From Pirellulaceae bacterium (GTDB lineage Bacteria > Planctomycetota > Planctomycetia > Pirellulales > Pirellulaceae): a stretch of 64,000 bases of DNA. The stretch spans positions 1,643 to 65,642 of the forward strand of contig DATKBV010000479.1 in NCBI GenBank assembly GCA_035513655.1, written 5' to 3'. The notes below the pieces were generated by a model, which had not been told where the DNA came from, did not search any database, and worked only from the letters and a program-made list of their open reading frames with translations. The first letter of the stretch is position 1. The number at the start of each line of letters is the position of its first letter. A program made the position numbers and the translations under genes. Of this stretch, positions 1-10,520 are shown piece after piece.

Positions 1-3000
1 CCCGCTGCGCCGTTCACAATCAGCACGTCACTGGCCCCGGGACCGCCGCCGTTGACCGTGATGTTGCCATACGGCTGAGGTGCGTTGATCGTGAATGTGT
101 CGTCCCCTTCCAGGCCGTTGAGCACCAGGTTTCGGATATTTGCCTGACCGATGGCCAGACGAGTGCCGTGCGAATTGGCCAGCGTCACGCTGCCGGTGGT
201 CGCGGCGACCGTGAACGTATCGCTCTGGCCGGTTCCATCGACCACCAGCGTGTCGATACCCGTGCCGCCGTCGATGGTCAAGCTGGCCCCGGCGGCGACG
301 CCCAGAAGGTTCTGGTAGCTGATGCCCAACCGCGTGTTCACTCGCACGTGCCCTTCGTCGATGCCCGCCCCCGGCGTGTGGACGATGACGTCATCGTTGT
401 CCGTGCCGTTGATCGTCACACTGTCGTCAAAGCCTTCGCCATCGTAAATCAGCGTCTCGATGCCGCCGTTGCCGCCGATCAGCGGCGGGAAAAGCGGCGG
501 GCAGGGCGCGACAGGTACGAACGGATCGCTCTGGATCGTAATGTCGGCCACCAGACCGTTGGCATTGGTAATGACCATCGTCCCCGTGTCCGATCCCGTG
601 GGCGTATAGACCATGTCCACCTGCCCCGGCGTTTCGACCATCAGTACGTCACCTTGGTCGCCGGTGATGCCGGACGGCGGGCCGCCGATGATCGTCAGTT
701 CGACATTCCAGGCCGCCTGGTTGGGGGCCGGCGCGCGGATCACGATGTCGTCGTCGCCGGCGAGCGCGTCGATCACCAAGTGGGGAACATTGATGAACAG
801 GATCTCCGGACCCTCGTTGACCGATACCGTGAAGTCCTGGACGCCATCGGCACCCGGATGGGTGGAATCGTCGCGAGCGATCACGGTGATGTCGTCGTCG
901 GCGTTGGTTCCAAAGATAATGAACGGGCAGCCAGCCGGGGGTGGTGCCGGCTCGACGACGATCATTTCGATATGATCGAAGCTGACGATTCCCTCCGGGC
1001 CGCCTGTGGTCAAGAACCCACCTTCGTCTACTTGCGGTCCCGCGAAGAACGCGAAAGCGTTGGTTACGATCAACGTATCGCCCGGCAGCGTGCCGATCGG
1101 GTCGCCGCCATCGATGAAGATCGGAATCGAACCGCCGGTGACGGTGAAAGTGTCGCTCCCCTCCAAGCCATACACGGCCAGCGACTCGGCGTTGTCGTAG
1201 GTCACGATGCCGTTGTTCACCCCGTCATCGTTGTCGTCGATCGTCACGGTTTCGCCCGGACCATCCACGACGAACGCTTGCGGCAACGCATTGCCGACGA
1301 CGATCAGCGTATCCTGCCCATCGGCCAGGTCGATGTTGACCGCGTTACCGCCCGTGCCGGTGTAATGGACCAGCGGAGCGGTCAGCGGTTGCTGGGCCTG
1401 GCCATCCTGCTGGGCCGTCGAGCCGATCTGGACCGTCCCCGAACTGGCGCTGAACACGGTCACCGTCACGTCGTCGTCGTCGTCCGTGGCCACGACCGTC
1501 GGTCCACCTTGCCCGGCGTCCAGGTTGATGCGTTCGATGCCGCTGTAGGTAACCGGGAGGAAGCCGGCTTCGGTCACCGTCTGGGTGCCGAAATTGACCG
1601 TCACTAGTCCAATGCCGCTGCCGGTGAAGTTCAGCACGTCGCTGGCCGACGGATTGCCCCCATCCACGTAGATTTCCGTGAACGGATGGTTGCCCGGGAT
1701 ATTGAACTCGTCGTCGCCGTCCCCGCCGATCAGGTTCAGCAACGACACGCCCGGCGTGCTGATCAGCACCATTTGGAGATTTGTCAGGTCGGCCGAGAAC
1801 TCGGCCAGCTCGATCCCGCCCAACGCGTCGACCGTGAATCGGTCGCTGGCGTTGCCTGAGCGCGGCGTGATGGTCAACTCGTCAACGCGCCCCACGCCAG
1901 CCGGCTTGTCGAACGTCAACGTTCCGCCGCCGCCCAGCCCGAGGAAGTTCATCGGCACCAGCGCCACGCCGCCCAGCACCAGCGACTGGCGAATTTCCAC
2001 CCGGCCCGTGTCGAGCAGCGGACTATCGTCGCTGAGATAGATCAAGTGTTGCCCCGTCGGCGTCGTGACCGTCAGAGCGTCATTACCACCTTGACCATTG
2101 ATGGTCACATGCTCGGTGGTTGTGAAGTTGACCACCGGCGAGCCGGTGATGCTGACACTCCCCGCGTCGACGCCTGTCGGACGGAAATCGATGGCGTCTG
2201 CACCAGCCGTGCCGTTGACAATCACCGTGTCGTTGGCTGTCGGATCACCGCCATTGACCGTGATGCTGGTCAAGCCGGTGGGCGTCGTCGGGTTGTTCAG
2301 ATTGATTGTGTCATCGCCAGCCAATGCGTTGATCGTCAGCGTCGTCTTGTTCGAGAACTCGATTGTTTCGAAATTGTCGATCGCCACCAACCCGTTTGTC
2401 GCGACGCTGCCCTGCGTGTAGCTGATCGCATTGTCGGCATTCGTGGCGTTGACGGTCAGCGGGCCGGGGACCAAGTCAATCACCGGCTCCAGCCCCGTGA
2501 AACGGATGACTTGGCGATCCGCCAAAGTGGCCGCATTACCGTCCGTATCGTGGATCAAGATACCCGCATCATTCGTGGGACCCACGCTGTAGAACGCGTT
2601 CTGAGCCACACCGCCGGTGGTGACGAGCGTATCGTTACCGTCACCGCCATGGAAGACGATACCGTTGGCCAACACCACCAGTCCCGTGGCTTCGTTCACG
2701 GTCAACGTATCGTCGCCCGCTCGGCCTTGGACCTCCAGGCCCTCGATGTTGGAGAAATCCACCGGCACCCAATTGGGTCCACCCAGATCCAAGATCGCGC
2801 GAGTAACGCCACCACCCTGGTTGGTCACCACGATGTTGTCCGCACCGATGCTGCCGATCAAATGCAGCGAATCCGCCGGATTGCCGGCTCCGTTGATCCT
2901 GAGATTCCCCGCGACGTTATTAAACGCGGTGACCGAGATCGCCGGGCCACCCTGCGCGCGTCCGATGGTCGCCGACGACGGGCTGAGCGGTGTGAAGAGC

Positions 3001-6000
3001 AAGGTATCGGGACCGGCGGTCGCGGTGATCGCCACCGTGTCGCCATTGTTGCCACCCGCGTTGGCTCCGTTGAGGTTCAAGATCTGCACGCCCGTCGGGC
3101 TGCCATATCCGAGGACAATAAACGCATCCGCCACCGCGTTTCTGCCATTCGCATTGAGGATCTCGATACCCGTAAAGGTAATCGGACCTGCGACAACATT
3201 GGTGATCTGGCTCGTCCCAAAGTCAATCGTCGGGTTCGGATCATTGATCGTCAGCGAATCGCCACCGGTTCCGTTGTCGCCTCCGATGACGGACACGCCA
3301 CCAGGGAACTGCGCGCTCGACACAATGGTGATGATGTCGTCGCCACCCAGGGCGTTGATCACCAGGGCGTTAAAGTTCGCGGCGGCAAAGGTACTGGTGT
3401 TGCCAAACGCGTTGGTCACGACGATGTCCCCGTTCGCTTGGACGGTAATCGTGTCGTTCCCTTCGGTGCCCTGGACGACAACCGTTCCCGCGCCCGCGGC
3501 GGCGCTGACCGCTTCAAAGTGCGTGTAGGTCAGGGCGAGCAAGGGGTTGCCTCCGGCGTCGACCGCTGAAACCGTCCCCGACTCGGACCCCGTGGGCGAA
3601 ATTACCGCATTGCCCACAGCCACGATCAACGTGTCGGTATCGAGAACGCCGTTTTCCAATGCGTCGACGCTCAACGATTCGATGTTTACTAATTCCAGGT
3701 CATTCACGCCCGCACCAAACCGCAACTGGCCACCATTGGCGGCATTGGGCGTATAGATGATGGTCTCGTCGTTGATCGTGGTGCTGACCGCCACCGAATC
3801 GTGACCGCCTTGGCCATTCAACGTGAGCGTCGTATCGGTTGCACCAAAATTGGCCTGCGTGATCGTGGGACTGCTATCCACCTGCACCGATCCGGCTCCT
3901 GGCACTCCCGTCACGGTAAATGAATTGTCGCCACCCGTGGCATTTACGGTCAGCGCATCGCTACCGGCTCCGCCACCGCCGTCGATCGCCACGATCTCGG
4001 TATTGGTGAAGTTGATCGTCGTCGCGGGCGAGGCATTCAGCGTCACCACGGCCGTTCCCGCGTTCGGCACCGCGCCGGTGGTGATGACGTACAGGTCATC
4101 GAAGCCAGCCGTGCCCGTCAGGTTCAACACATCACTGGCCGCCGGATTGCCGCTGTCCAGATTGAAGTTGAGCGGAGCGAGCGCGTTCGTCAGATCGCTG
4201 CGACCTGTGAACGTAACGGTGTCGACGCCATCTCCCAGCGACATCGAGACGCTGGCCAACGGCAGCAGCGTGGGGTTCGCACCCACGTTCACCTCGGCGC
4301 GGGCGAAGCGGTCGATGTTGAAGGCCGGCGTCGTGAAGCTAATCCAAGGAGTATCGATGACATTCGGAATCTCCGTATCGTTGTTGGTGAAGTCGACGAC
4401 CACCACATCGGCCAGGGCCGTACCGAGCACGGTTAGCGTGTCGGTATCTCCGGCGGTACCATCATTGAAAAAGAAGCTGAGATCTTCGACGTTCACAAAG
4501 TCGATCGTGACAATGTTCGTGCCGTTGGTGGCATGCGTGCTGCGAATCTGTCCCGAGCCGGCGGCACCCGTCGGTTCCACCACGACGTTCTCGGAGACTC
4601 CCGAGCGGCTACCATTGGCCTGGTAGTCGTTGATATTTAAGGCGTTGTCCAAGAAGATAATGCCGGGCTGGCCGGTGGCGGCGTTCGTATTGCGGTCGAT
4701 GTTGCCGTAGAAGACATCGTCGCCATTGGCTCCCGCGGCACCGCCATCGACGCGCACATCAATGCCCCAGCCGCCCAACGTATTGTCGGCGTAGGGATCG
4801 ATCGTGATGTCGTCATCCTCTTCGAACCCGAACACGTTCAGGAACAAGGTGTCTCGGACATAGATCGGGTTACTGCCGTTGAGCAACAGCGCGAATTCAT
4901 TGGCTCCATCCACATCGCCTCCCATCGAGAAGTCGACATCCTGACCGTTGATCAAGATGCGATCCTGTTGATCCGTCCCAGGGGCATTGCCGTTGTCGCC
5001 CAGGATATTGACGGTATTGTTGCCTGGCGTGATCAACAGCAACTCGACGCTGTTGTACGTCACCGGCAGCGTTGGAGTGCCGCCGATCGTCGATGTGATC
5101 GACACATTCGGTGGGATTGCCAGATCGCTGAAGATGTTTGCCTCGTTGGGCGTGACCACGTTCAAGCGATCGCCTTGCAGCGGCGGATTCACGGGCAAGG
5201 GAGGCGAGCCCGCATTGATCTGATACCGGAACGTCGCGTCGAGCAGCACGGTGACATCATCCGCGACCAAGCCCCCGCCATTCATTCCAAAGGCCAACGG
5301 GCGCACGCCCGCTTCCTCGCCGGTATTGACCGTGACTTCCGCATCGGCGGGATTCGCCAAGGCAAAGCCGGCCCCGATGTTGGTCTGAATCAGCGTGTTC
5401 GCCACACCCGCGATGCTGTGATTCACAATCTGCACACGTGCGGCGTTAACGTTGATATTGTCGAAAGCGTTCCCCGCACCACGCACGGTGGAGCCACTAC
5501 CAAAGGCGTTCCCCGCCCAGCCGGCGGCACCACCCGCTCCGTCCACCGCCTCGGTCGGCGCGTTCACCACCAAGCGATCACCGACGGCTCCCGCACCACC
5601 CCCGACCAGCGTCAAGCCGGTCAATTGCAACAGGCCTTGAGCGTTGATGTCCGGGCCGGCGCTGCCGCCCGCGACACCCGGATTGTTCGTGGCCGGAGTT
5701 CCCGGCGGCAGCGTGAGCAACGGGTTGCCATCCAGGAAGACGTTCGTCGAGTTGGCGGTTAACGGTGTGACGGAGAGGATATCGTCCAGAGTCGTGCCGG
5801 TCACGGTAACCGCATCGTCATTGAGCTCGTCGCCGACATAGTTCAATTGTTCCGACGTATTGATCTCGACGATCCCGCCACCAGCGCGCAAACCTGTGAC
5901 ATCGACATCGCCAATCTTGCTGGTGTTGGTGGCATCGTCGAGCACATAGTTCAGCCCGATCGCGCGGGCACCATCGCCCGGCGCGTCGGCACGCAGGTTC

Positions 6001-9000
6001 ACGACGTCGCGATTGCCCTGATCGCCGCCATTAATCACAAAGTTGGTTCCTGCCGCGAGGCTGAAACCGGCGCTCCACAGGAAGGTGAACGTGTCACTGC
6101 CCGCCGAGCCATTGAAGGTATTGTTCACGGTAGCGAACATGCCGGTCTGTAAACGCGTGCCCGCCGGCACGGCCGCCGGATCGTTGGTGAACGTGTCGTT
6201 CCCCGTTCCACCCGTGATGTTGAAGTTTTCGAGTTGGTTCGCCGCACCCCCGAAGTTCGGCGCGTTGAACGTCACATCCGGCGTCGCGTCGCCATCGCCG
6301 AAGGAGATCGTGGTCGCTTGTCCGACCAAACCGAAGACATATGTGTCGCCCGCCACATCTCCCAAATCCGACAGATTCAGCGTATCGATGCCAGCTCCCG
6401 TGTTGATGTTCAACTGGCCATCGATACCGTTCAGATTTCCCGCATTGACTGGCGCGTCGCTGGAGACGTTGACGGTGTCGTTTCCGCCTTGAGTCAACAA
6501 CTGATAGGTCGAACCGCTGCGTGTGCTTCTGACATTAACGATCTCGCCGAAGCCCGCGTTGTCCGCCGTGAAGATGTTCAGCGTCTCGACCTGGTCGCCA
6601 GCACCGTAGGTAATATCGGCCGTGCCGCTCGTGTTCCCCGTGATGCCGTCGATGGTGGTCGAAGTGATGTCGATGATCTTCCCGGCGACCGCATGGGTCG
6701 TGTCGACGACAAAGAGGGTGTCGACCGCGCCGGCTTCATCGCCCGCAGGTGCGACCTGCACTGGAACGGCGATCGCATCGACATTTCCAGCTCCGCCCGG
6801 ATTGCTGTTCAGAACAAACGTGTCACCACCGGCACCACCGAACAATTGCACTACACTCGTATTGGGCAGATTGCTCGTGCTCCGGACGCGGATTTCGTCG
6901 GCTGACGCGTCCGTGTTGGTGTTCGTATCGCCATCCAAACGCACGGCGGTCAAGGAAACTTCCGCCGAGGCAAAGCCTTGCAGGTCGATGATGTCCGCAC
7001 CTTCCATGCCGTACACTTCGAGCACCGTAAACGCGTTGGCCGCGAAGTCGAAGGTCTCGAACGGATTGGGAACGGTCTGGGCCGCAATGCGAGTGAACCC
7101 GGCTGGTCCGGGCAGAATGTTAATGGTGTTGGGGTTCAAATCGCCCAGGACGGTCAGCGTGCCGCCGGGAACGCCCACTGTGGTGATGGGATCAAGTCCC
7201 GTGAAATAAGCCAGCAACGTATTCCCGCTACCCGTGTCGGCGGTCAGGATTTCACCTTGCAAGTTGCCCGCCACATTGCCGCCACCGGCACCGTCGCCTA
7301 CGGCATAGGTCTGATGAATCGGATTGGCATTGACGTTCGCCAAGTCCAGTTGGAACAGAATCGCATCGCTGCCCGCACCACCGTTGAACAGCAAGCCGGC
7401 GGCACCAGGAATGTTCGGATTGTTCGTCACGCCCGGAACGCTGCCCTGGAAAGTCGGCAAACCGTTGACGTCGTCCACCACTAGCGTGTCGTTGTCGCCC
7501 GAGCCGTCGACTCGCAAGCTGTTAAGCGTTGCCAACGCGAGTTCGATGGTGCTCGCGCCGCCGTTGGCATTGATTACCAGATGCGTCCCCGCGGCGTTCA
7601 AAGTCAGATTGGTGGTATCGTCGACCGCATTGTCTCCAAGTCCCTGACCGGCTCCGAGATTGAACGGTGCGGCATTCAGGGTGCCGTCGTTGCTCAGGTC
7701 CCAACGCACGCGCAAATCGAAATTCGCATTCAACGCGTCAAGCGTTTCCACATTCACAAAGCTGACGTTTGCGACACCGGCCGCCGACAGAATCCCGGCA
7801 AATCCCGCAGTCGTCGGGATCAAATTCAACGTCGCGACTAATCCGTTCAGGTCCACATTCAGCGTATCGCCGACCACCACGGTGGGATCACCGCCGTTGA
7901 TGTGAATCGTGGAACCAGCCGTCGACTGGGGGACGATATTGAACGTGTCGTTATCGTTTCCGCCATTCATCGTTGTGGGACCGACCAGCGTGGTTGCGGC
8001 CGGGATCGTGATCGTGCCTCCCGCCGCGTCATCGTCTCCCGGCACGGGTGCTAAATCCACATTCATCGTGATCGCCGGCGCGGTTGCCGTAGCGGTTCCC
8101 TCAAACGTGATCGCGTCGCCGCCGTTGAAGGTCAACGCCGTATCGTCTTGCACCGCCACGCCCGTTTGAACCGTCAGGATATCGTCGGCGTCATTCCCAT
8201 CGTCAATGGCCGTATAAGTCATGCCGCCGGTCGTGTTCGCATTGGCCGCGATCGTCAACGGGCTGTTCGCGCGGATCTCACCTCCGCCACCGACGCCGTT
8301 AACGGCGTTCGCGTTGGGCACGCCGCTCAAATTCGTCAGAGTCAAAGTTCCGGCGTTGGTAATGAAGATGCCTCCACCCCCGACATTACTAACATCGAGA
8401 TTCATGACCGTCGTCGCAATAAGATTTCCCGCTGTGCCAATACCACCTCCCGCAGTGACTGTCAGAATCAAGTTGGTCGCTGTGAAATCGTTGTTGGCAT
8501 CTAGATCCGTTAATGGCCCACCCGAGGTCAAGGAGATGTTTCCCGTCCCCGCATTCAAGTTCAGGCCCGCAATGCCGTTCGTTTCCACGATCGTTTGATT
8601 CCCGTTGGCTGCCGAGCTGTCCGTCGTTAGGGAGCCCACGTCCAAGCCGCTGTCCAGAATAATGGCCGAACCGTCCGTCGTCGTAAAACTGCCAGTCCCT
8701 GTAACGGTTAACGGCGCGCTGTCCGTAATGATACCCGTCGTGGCGGTGGCCGTGAGGTTTCCGTTGACCGTGCCTTGCAAGGCCAAAGCCGTCGCATTCA
8801 CGATGTTCGCGTCGCCACCCGCCCCCGTGGTGTTCAACGTCACCGCACCCGTCGATGCCAAGGTGCCCATGTTGATGTCCGCGCCAGCCGTTGATGTGGT
8901 CAGGCTCGTCGTACCCGTCACCGTCAACAACGCGCTGTCCGTCAAATTGCCGGTCGTGGCGGTGGCCGTGAGGTTTCCATTGACCGTGCCTTGCAGGGCC

Positions 9001-9839
9001 AATGCTGTCGCATTCACGATGTTCGCGTCGCCACCCGCCCCCGTGGTGCTCAACGTCACCGCACCCGTCGACGCCAAGGTGCCCATGTTGATGTCCGCAC
9101 CTGCCGCTGATGTGGTCAGGCTCGTCGTACCCGTTACGGTTACCGTGCCGCTGTCTGTTAGATTCCCAGTGGTCGCCGTTGCAGCCAGGTTTCCGGCGAC
9201 ATTGGTCGTAGCGAAGTCGATTGCACCCCCTGATTGCAATGTCGCATTGCCGCCGTCCAGGGTCGTGAATCCTTGCGTGAACGTAAGTGCGGTCACCACA
9301 TTGACGTTGAGGTGCGCGTTTGGAGCTGCTGCGGCAATCGTATCGAACATCGACACTGCAGTATTGAACGTCAAGTTCTCAATCGTGCCGTCGTTGACGT
9401 TCATCGCGGTAAAGGTACCGCCTTGCAACACAACGCTCTGAACTCCTCCGGCTCCCGTGATGGCGATTCGACGCACATCGTTGGCTGCCGCGATACTTCC
9501 GGTACTGTTCGTATTTGCTGCCTGAGCGGTGAAACCGAAGAAGCTGCCACCGGATACTGTCACACCGCCAGTATCGCTTTGGACGCTTAAGTCGGTACCC
9601 GCCACAACGAGGGTTGCTGTCTCTCCAGCGGCACCGACGTTGATCGTCAAGACATTTCCGGCGAATGTAAGGTCGGTTGCCAGCAGCCGCCGATCCTCCA
9701 ATGGCTCGAATTGCAGCGCCGGCATCAGATAACTTTGGAACGAAGCCGAGCGGCGGCGCGTCTCGTGCTTGACAATGCTGCGAAACGCATTGGACCAGGT
9801 CGCGACCTCGGCGGCCGACCGCGATTGAATCGCATTCAA
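1..9839 (-). CDS. giant secreted repeat protein, N-terminal ~3280 codons (3' end lies beyond position 1)
   Basis: Hand translation of the minus strand, in the frame whose third codon bases fall on coordinates divisible by 3, is open and protein-like wherever I checked. Window start: TVNGGGPGASDVLIVNGAAG. ~400-480: GGNGGIETLIYDGEGFDDSVTINGTDNDDVIVHTPG. ~5000: LLITPGNNTVNILGDNGNAP. ~7530: GASTIELALATLNSLRVDGS. ~9600-9720: ALQFEPLEDRRLLATDLTFAGNVLTINVGAAGETATLVVA. No complete minus ORF is listed in that frame, as expected if it runs off the window. The many + strand ORFs here look like antisense artefacts. The N-terminus is Arg-rich and is followed by LEDRRLLA, a motif I associate with N-termini of huge planctomycete extracellular proteins. 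The first in-frame start is TTG 9839; see the finding on ATG 9930. Confidence 0.8.
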   Translation of the reverse strand, partial: MNAIQSRSAAEVATWSNAFRSIVKHETRRRSASFQSYLMPALQFEPLEDRRLLATDLTFAGNVLTINVGAAGETATLVVAGTDLSVQSDTGGVTVSGGSFFGFTAQAANTNSTGSIAAANDVRRIAITGAGGVQSVVLQGGTFTAMNVNDGTIENLTFNTAVSMFDTIAAAAPNAHLNVNVVTALTFTQGFTTLDGGNATLQSGGAIDFATTNVAGNLAATATTGNLTDSGTVTVTGTTSLTTSAAGADINMGTLASTGAVTLSTTGAGGDANIVNATALALQGTVNGNLTATATTGNLTDSALLTVTGTTSLTTSTAGADINMGTLASTGAVTLNTTGAGGDANIVNATALALQGTVNGNLTATATTGIITDSAPLTVTGTGSFTTTDGSAIILDSGLDVGSLTTDSSAANGNQTIVETNGIAGLNLNAGTGNISLTSGGPLTDLDANNDFTATNLILTVTAGGGIGTAGNLIATTVMNLDVSNVGGGGIFITNAGTLTLTNLSGVPNANAVNGVGGGGEIRANSPLTIAANANTTGGMTYTAIDDGNDADDILTVQTGVAVQDDTALTFNGGDAITFEGTATATAPAITMNVDLAPVPGDDDAAGGTITIPAATTLVGPTTMNGGNDNDTFNIVPQSTAGSTIHINGGDPTVVVGDTLNVDLNGLVATLNLIPTTAGFAGILSAAGVANVSFVNVETLDALNANFDLRVRWDLSNDGTLNAAPFNLGAGQGLGDNAVDDTTNLTLNAAGTHLVINANGGASTIELALATLNSLRVDGSGDNDTLVVDDVNGLPTFQGSVPGVTNNPNIPGAAGLLFNGGAGSDAILFQLDLANVNANPIHQTYAVGDGAGGGNVAGNLQGEILTADTGSGNTLLAYFTGLDPITTVGVPGGTLTVLGDLNPNTINILPGPAGFTRIAAQTVPNPFETFDFAANAFTVLEVYGMEGADIIDLQGFASAEVSLTAVRLDGDTNTNTDASADEIRVRSTSNLPNTSVVQLFGGAGGDTFVLNSNPGGAGNVDAIAVPVQVAPAGDEAGAVDTLFVVDTTHAVAGKIIDITSTTIDGITGNTSGTADITYGAGDQVETLNIFTADNAGFGEIVNVRSTRSGSTYQLLTQGGNDTVNVSSDAPVNAGNLNGIDGQLNINTGAGIDTLNLSDLGDVAGDTYVFGLVGQATTISFGDGDATPDVTFNAPNFGGAANQLENFNITGGTGNDTFTNDPAAVPAGTRLQTGMFATVNNTFNGSAGSDTFTFLWSAGFSLAAGTNFVINGGDQGNRDVVNLRADAPGDGARAIGLNYVLDDATNTSKIGDVDVTGLRAGGGIVEINTSEQLNYVGDELNDDAVTVTGTTLDDILSVTPLTANSTNVFLDGNPLLTLPPGTPATNNPGVAGGSAGPDINAQGLLQLTGLTLVGGGAGAVGDRLVVNAPTEAVDGAGGAAGWAGNAFGSGSTVRGAGNAFDNINVNAARVQIVNHSIAGVANTLIQTNIGAGFALANPADAEVTVNTGEEAGVRPLAFGMNGGGLVADDVTVLLDATFRYQINAGSPPLPVNPPLQGDRLNVVTPNEANIFSDLAIPPNVSITSTIGGTPTLPVTYNSVELLLITPGNNTVNILGDNGNAPGTDQQDRILINGQDVDFSMGGDVDGANEFALLLNGSNPIYVRDTLFLNVFGFEEDDDITIDPYADNTLGGWGIDVRVDGGAAGANGDDVFYGNIDRNTNAATGQPGIIFLDNALNINDYQANGSRSGVSENVVVEPTGAAGSGQIRSTHATNGTNIVTIDFVNVEDLSFFFNDGTAGDTDTLTVLGTALADVVVVDFTNNDTEIPNVIDTPWISFTTPAFNIDRFARAEVNVGANPTLLPLASVSMSLGDGVDTVTFTGRSDLTNALAPLNFNLDSGNPAASDVLNLTGTAGFDDLYVITTGAVPNAGTAVVTLNASPATTINFTNTEIVAIDGGGGAGSDALTVNATGGDNSFTVTGVPGAGSVQVDSSPTITQANFGATDTTLTLNGQGGHDSVAVSTTINDETIIYTPNAANGGQLRFGAGVNDLELVNIESLSVDALENGVLDTDTLIVAVGNAVISPTGSESGTVSAVDAGGNPLLALTYTHFEAVSAAAGAGTVVVQGTEGNDTITVQANGDIVVTNAFGNTSTFAAANFNALVINALGGDDIITIVSSAQFPGGVSVIGGDNGTGGDSLTINDPNPTIDFGTSQITNVVAGPITFTGIEILNANGRNAVADAFIVLGYGSPTGVQILNLNGANAGGNNGDTVAITATAGPDTLLFTPLSPSSATIGRAQGGPAISVTAFNNVAGNLRINGAGNPADSLHLIGSIGADNIVVTNQGGGVTRAILDLGGPNWVPVDFSNIEGLEVQGRAGDDTLTVNEATGLVVLANGIVFHGGDGNDTLVTTGGVAQNAFYSVGPTNDAGILIHDTDGNAATLADRQVIRFTGLEPVIDLVPGPLTVNATNADNAISYTQGSVATNGLVAIDNFETIEFSNKTTLTINALAGDDTINLNNPTTPTGLTSITVNGGDPTANDTVIVNGTAGADAIDFRPTGVDAGSVSITGSPVVNFTTTEHVTINGQGGNDALTVTTPTGQHLIYLSDDSPLLDTGRVEIRQSLVLGGVALVPMNFLGLGGGGTLTFDKPAGVGRVDELTITPRSGNASDRFTVDALGGIELAEFSADLTNLQMVLISTPGVSLLNLIGGDGDDEFNIPGNHPFTEIYVDGGNPSASDVLNFTGSGIGLVTVNFGTQTVTEAGFLPVTYSGIERINLDAGQGGPTVVATDDDDDVTVTVFSASSGTVQIGSTAQQDGQAQQPLTAPLVHYTGTGGNAVNIDLADGQDTLIVVGNALPQAFVVDGPGETVTIDDNDDGVNNGIVTYDNAESLAVYGLEGSDTFTVTGGSIPIFIDGGDPIGTLPGDTLIVTNAFAFFAGPQVDEGGFLTTGGPEGIVSFDHIEMIVVEPAPPPAGCPFIIFGTNADDDITVIARDDSTHPGADGVQDFTVSVNEGPEILFINVPHLVIDALAGDDDIVIRAPAPNQAAWNVELTIIGGPPSGITGDQGDVLMVETPGQVDMVYTPTGSDTGTMVITNANGLVADITIQSDPFVPVAPCPPLFPPLIGGNGGIETLIYDGEGFDDSVTINGTDNDDVIVHTPGAGIDEGHVRVNTRLGISYQNLLGVAAGASLTIDGGTGIDTLVVDGTGQSDTFTVAATTGSVTLANSHGTRLAIGQANIRNLVLNGLEGDDTFTINAPQPYGNITVNGGGPGASDVLIVNGAA
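8686..9205 (-). repeat. in-frame 216-bp (72-codon) tandem repeat inside the giant gene
   Basis: tcgtggcggtggccgtgaggtttcc recurs at 8738 and 8954 (offset 216). The sequence between stays alignable with scattered substitutions, and the flanking copies are more diverged. Minus-strand translation of one copy includes ALQGTVNGNLTATATTGNL. Confidence 0.85.
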
Positions 9840-10045
9840 AAACGCCTCGCGTCGTTCGCTGCGCGAGAGTCGGCGGCGACTGCTACTTCGTTCACTCTTC
9901 AACAAGCGGGCGATCAGGGTGCGAAACATGGATGAGGCTCCTTGGGAGTAGCTGTCGGCGGTTTAGCTTTCAGCGGTCAGCGGTTGTGCCGGATAGGATG
10001 TGGTTGGGGAATTTTTGATTTACGATTTTAGATTTTGGGACTGTT

Positions 10046-10125
10046 GGAACCACGAAAGGCACGAAAACCACGAAAGGGAAGCGGCCTGTCTTCTTTCGTG
10101 AATTTCGTGTGTTTCGTGGTTGTGG
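10046..10125. repeat. imperfect palindrome built from CACGAAA / TTTCGTG short repeats
   Basis: ccacgaaaggcacgaaaaccacgaaaggg ... ctttcgtgaatttcgtgtgtttcgtgg. The arms are near reverse complements. Confidence 0.7.
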
Positions 10126-10207
10126 ATTTCAAGTGTCGAGAGCCTGAGATGGACAAGAGCGGAGAAAGAGCTGAGGGCCGAGAGTGGAGAGCGGAGAGCC
10201 AGAAGCT

Positions 10208-10263
10208 GAACTCCGAACTCCGAACCCCGAACTTGGAACCTTGAACCTTGAACCTTGAACTTT
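10208..10263. repeat. heptanucleotide tandem array (GAACYYN x8)
   Basis: gaactcc gaactcc gaacccc gaacttg gaacctt gaacctt gaacctt gaacttt, read directly. Confidence 0.85.
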
Positions 10264-10520
10264 GTCATTCCCGCCAAGGCGTGGTAGAATTCTCGCAACC
10301 CTCTCACCCTGCCAGGAGCCAGGTTGTGGACTCTTCGGAACACACCGATCTTGATCCGTCGCTGTTCGATTTAGGACACCAAGGCGACTACGACCGCACG
10401 CAGATCGCCATGATGCTGCGTCTGACTCCCACGGAACGTTTGCGCCACCACGAGCCGTGGCGAATCTTCGTAATGGAGGCTTTGCAGCGTGCAGAAATTC
10501 GTCATGCAAGACTTCGCTGA
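10248..10520 (+). CDS. small hypothetical protein overlapping the start of the downstream nucleotidyltransferase (antitoxin-like position); start uncertain (GTG 10326 is possible)
   Basis: The ORF overlaps the next gene by 32 nt. The C-terminal part ...IAMMLRLTPTERLRHHEPWRIFVMEALQRAEI looks helical. The 5' part of the listed ORF runs through the heptamer array and is probably not coding. Confidence 0.4.
   Translation: MNLELCHSRQGVVEFSQPSHPARSQVVDSSEHTDLDPSLFDLGHQGDYDRTQIAMMLRLTPTERLRHHEPWRIFVMEALQRAEIRHARLR

Noticed and set aside
168-9935. Dozens of + strand ORFs of up to 507 aa listed across the first 9.9 kb.
   Set aside because: Their translations are Arg/Val/Asp/Gly-rich nonsense with no recognisable motifs. 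They lie antisense to a continuous, repeat-rich, protein-like minus-strand frame, which is absent from the track only because it has no stop inside the window.
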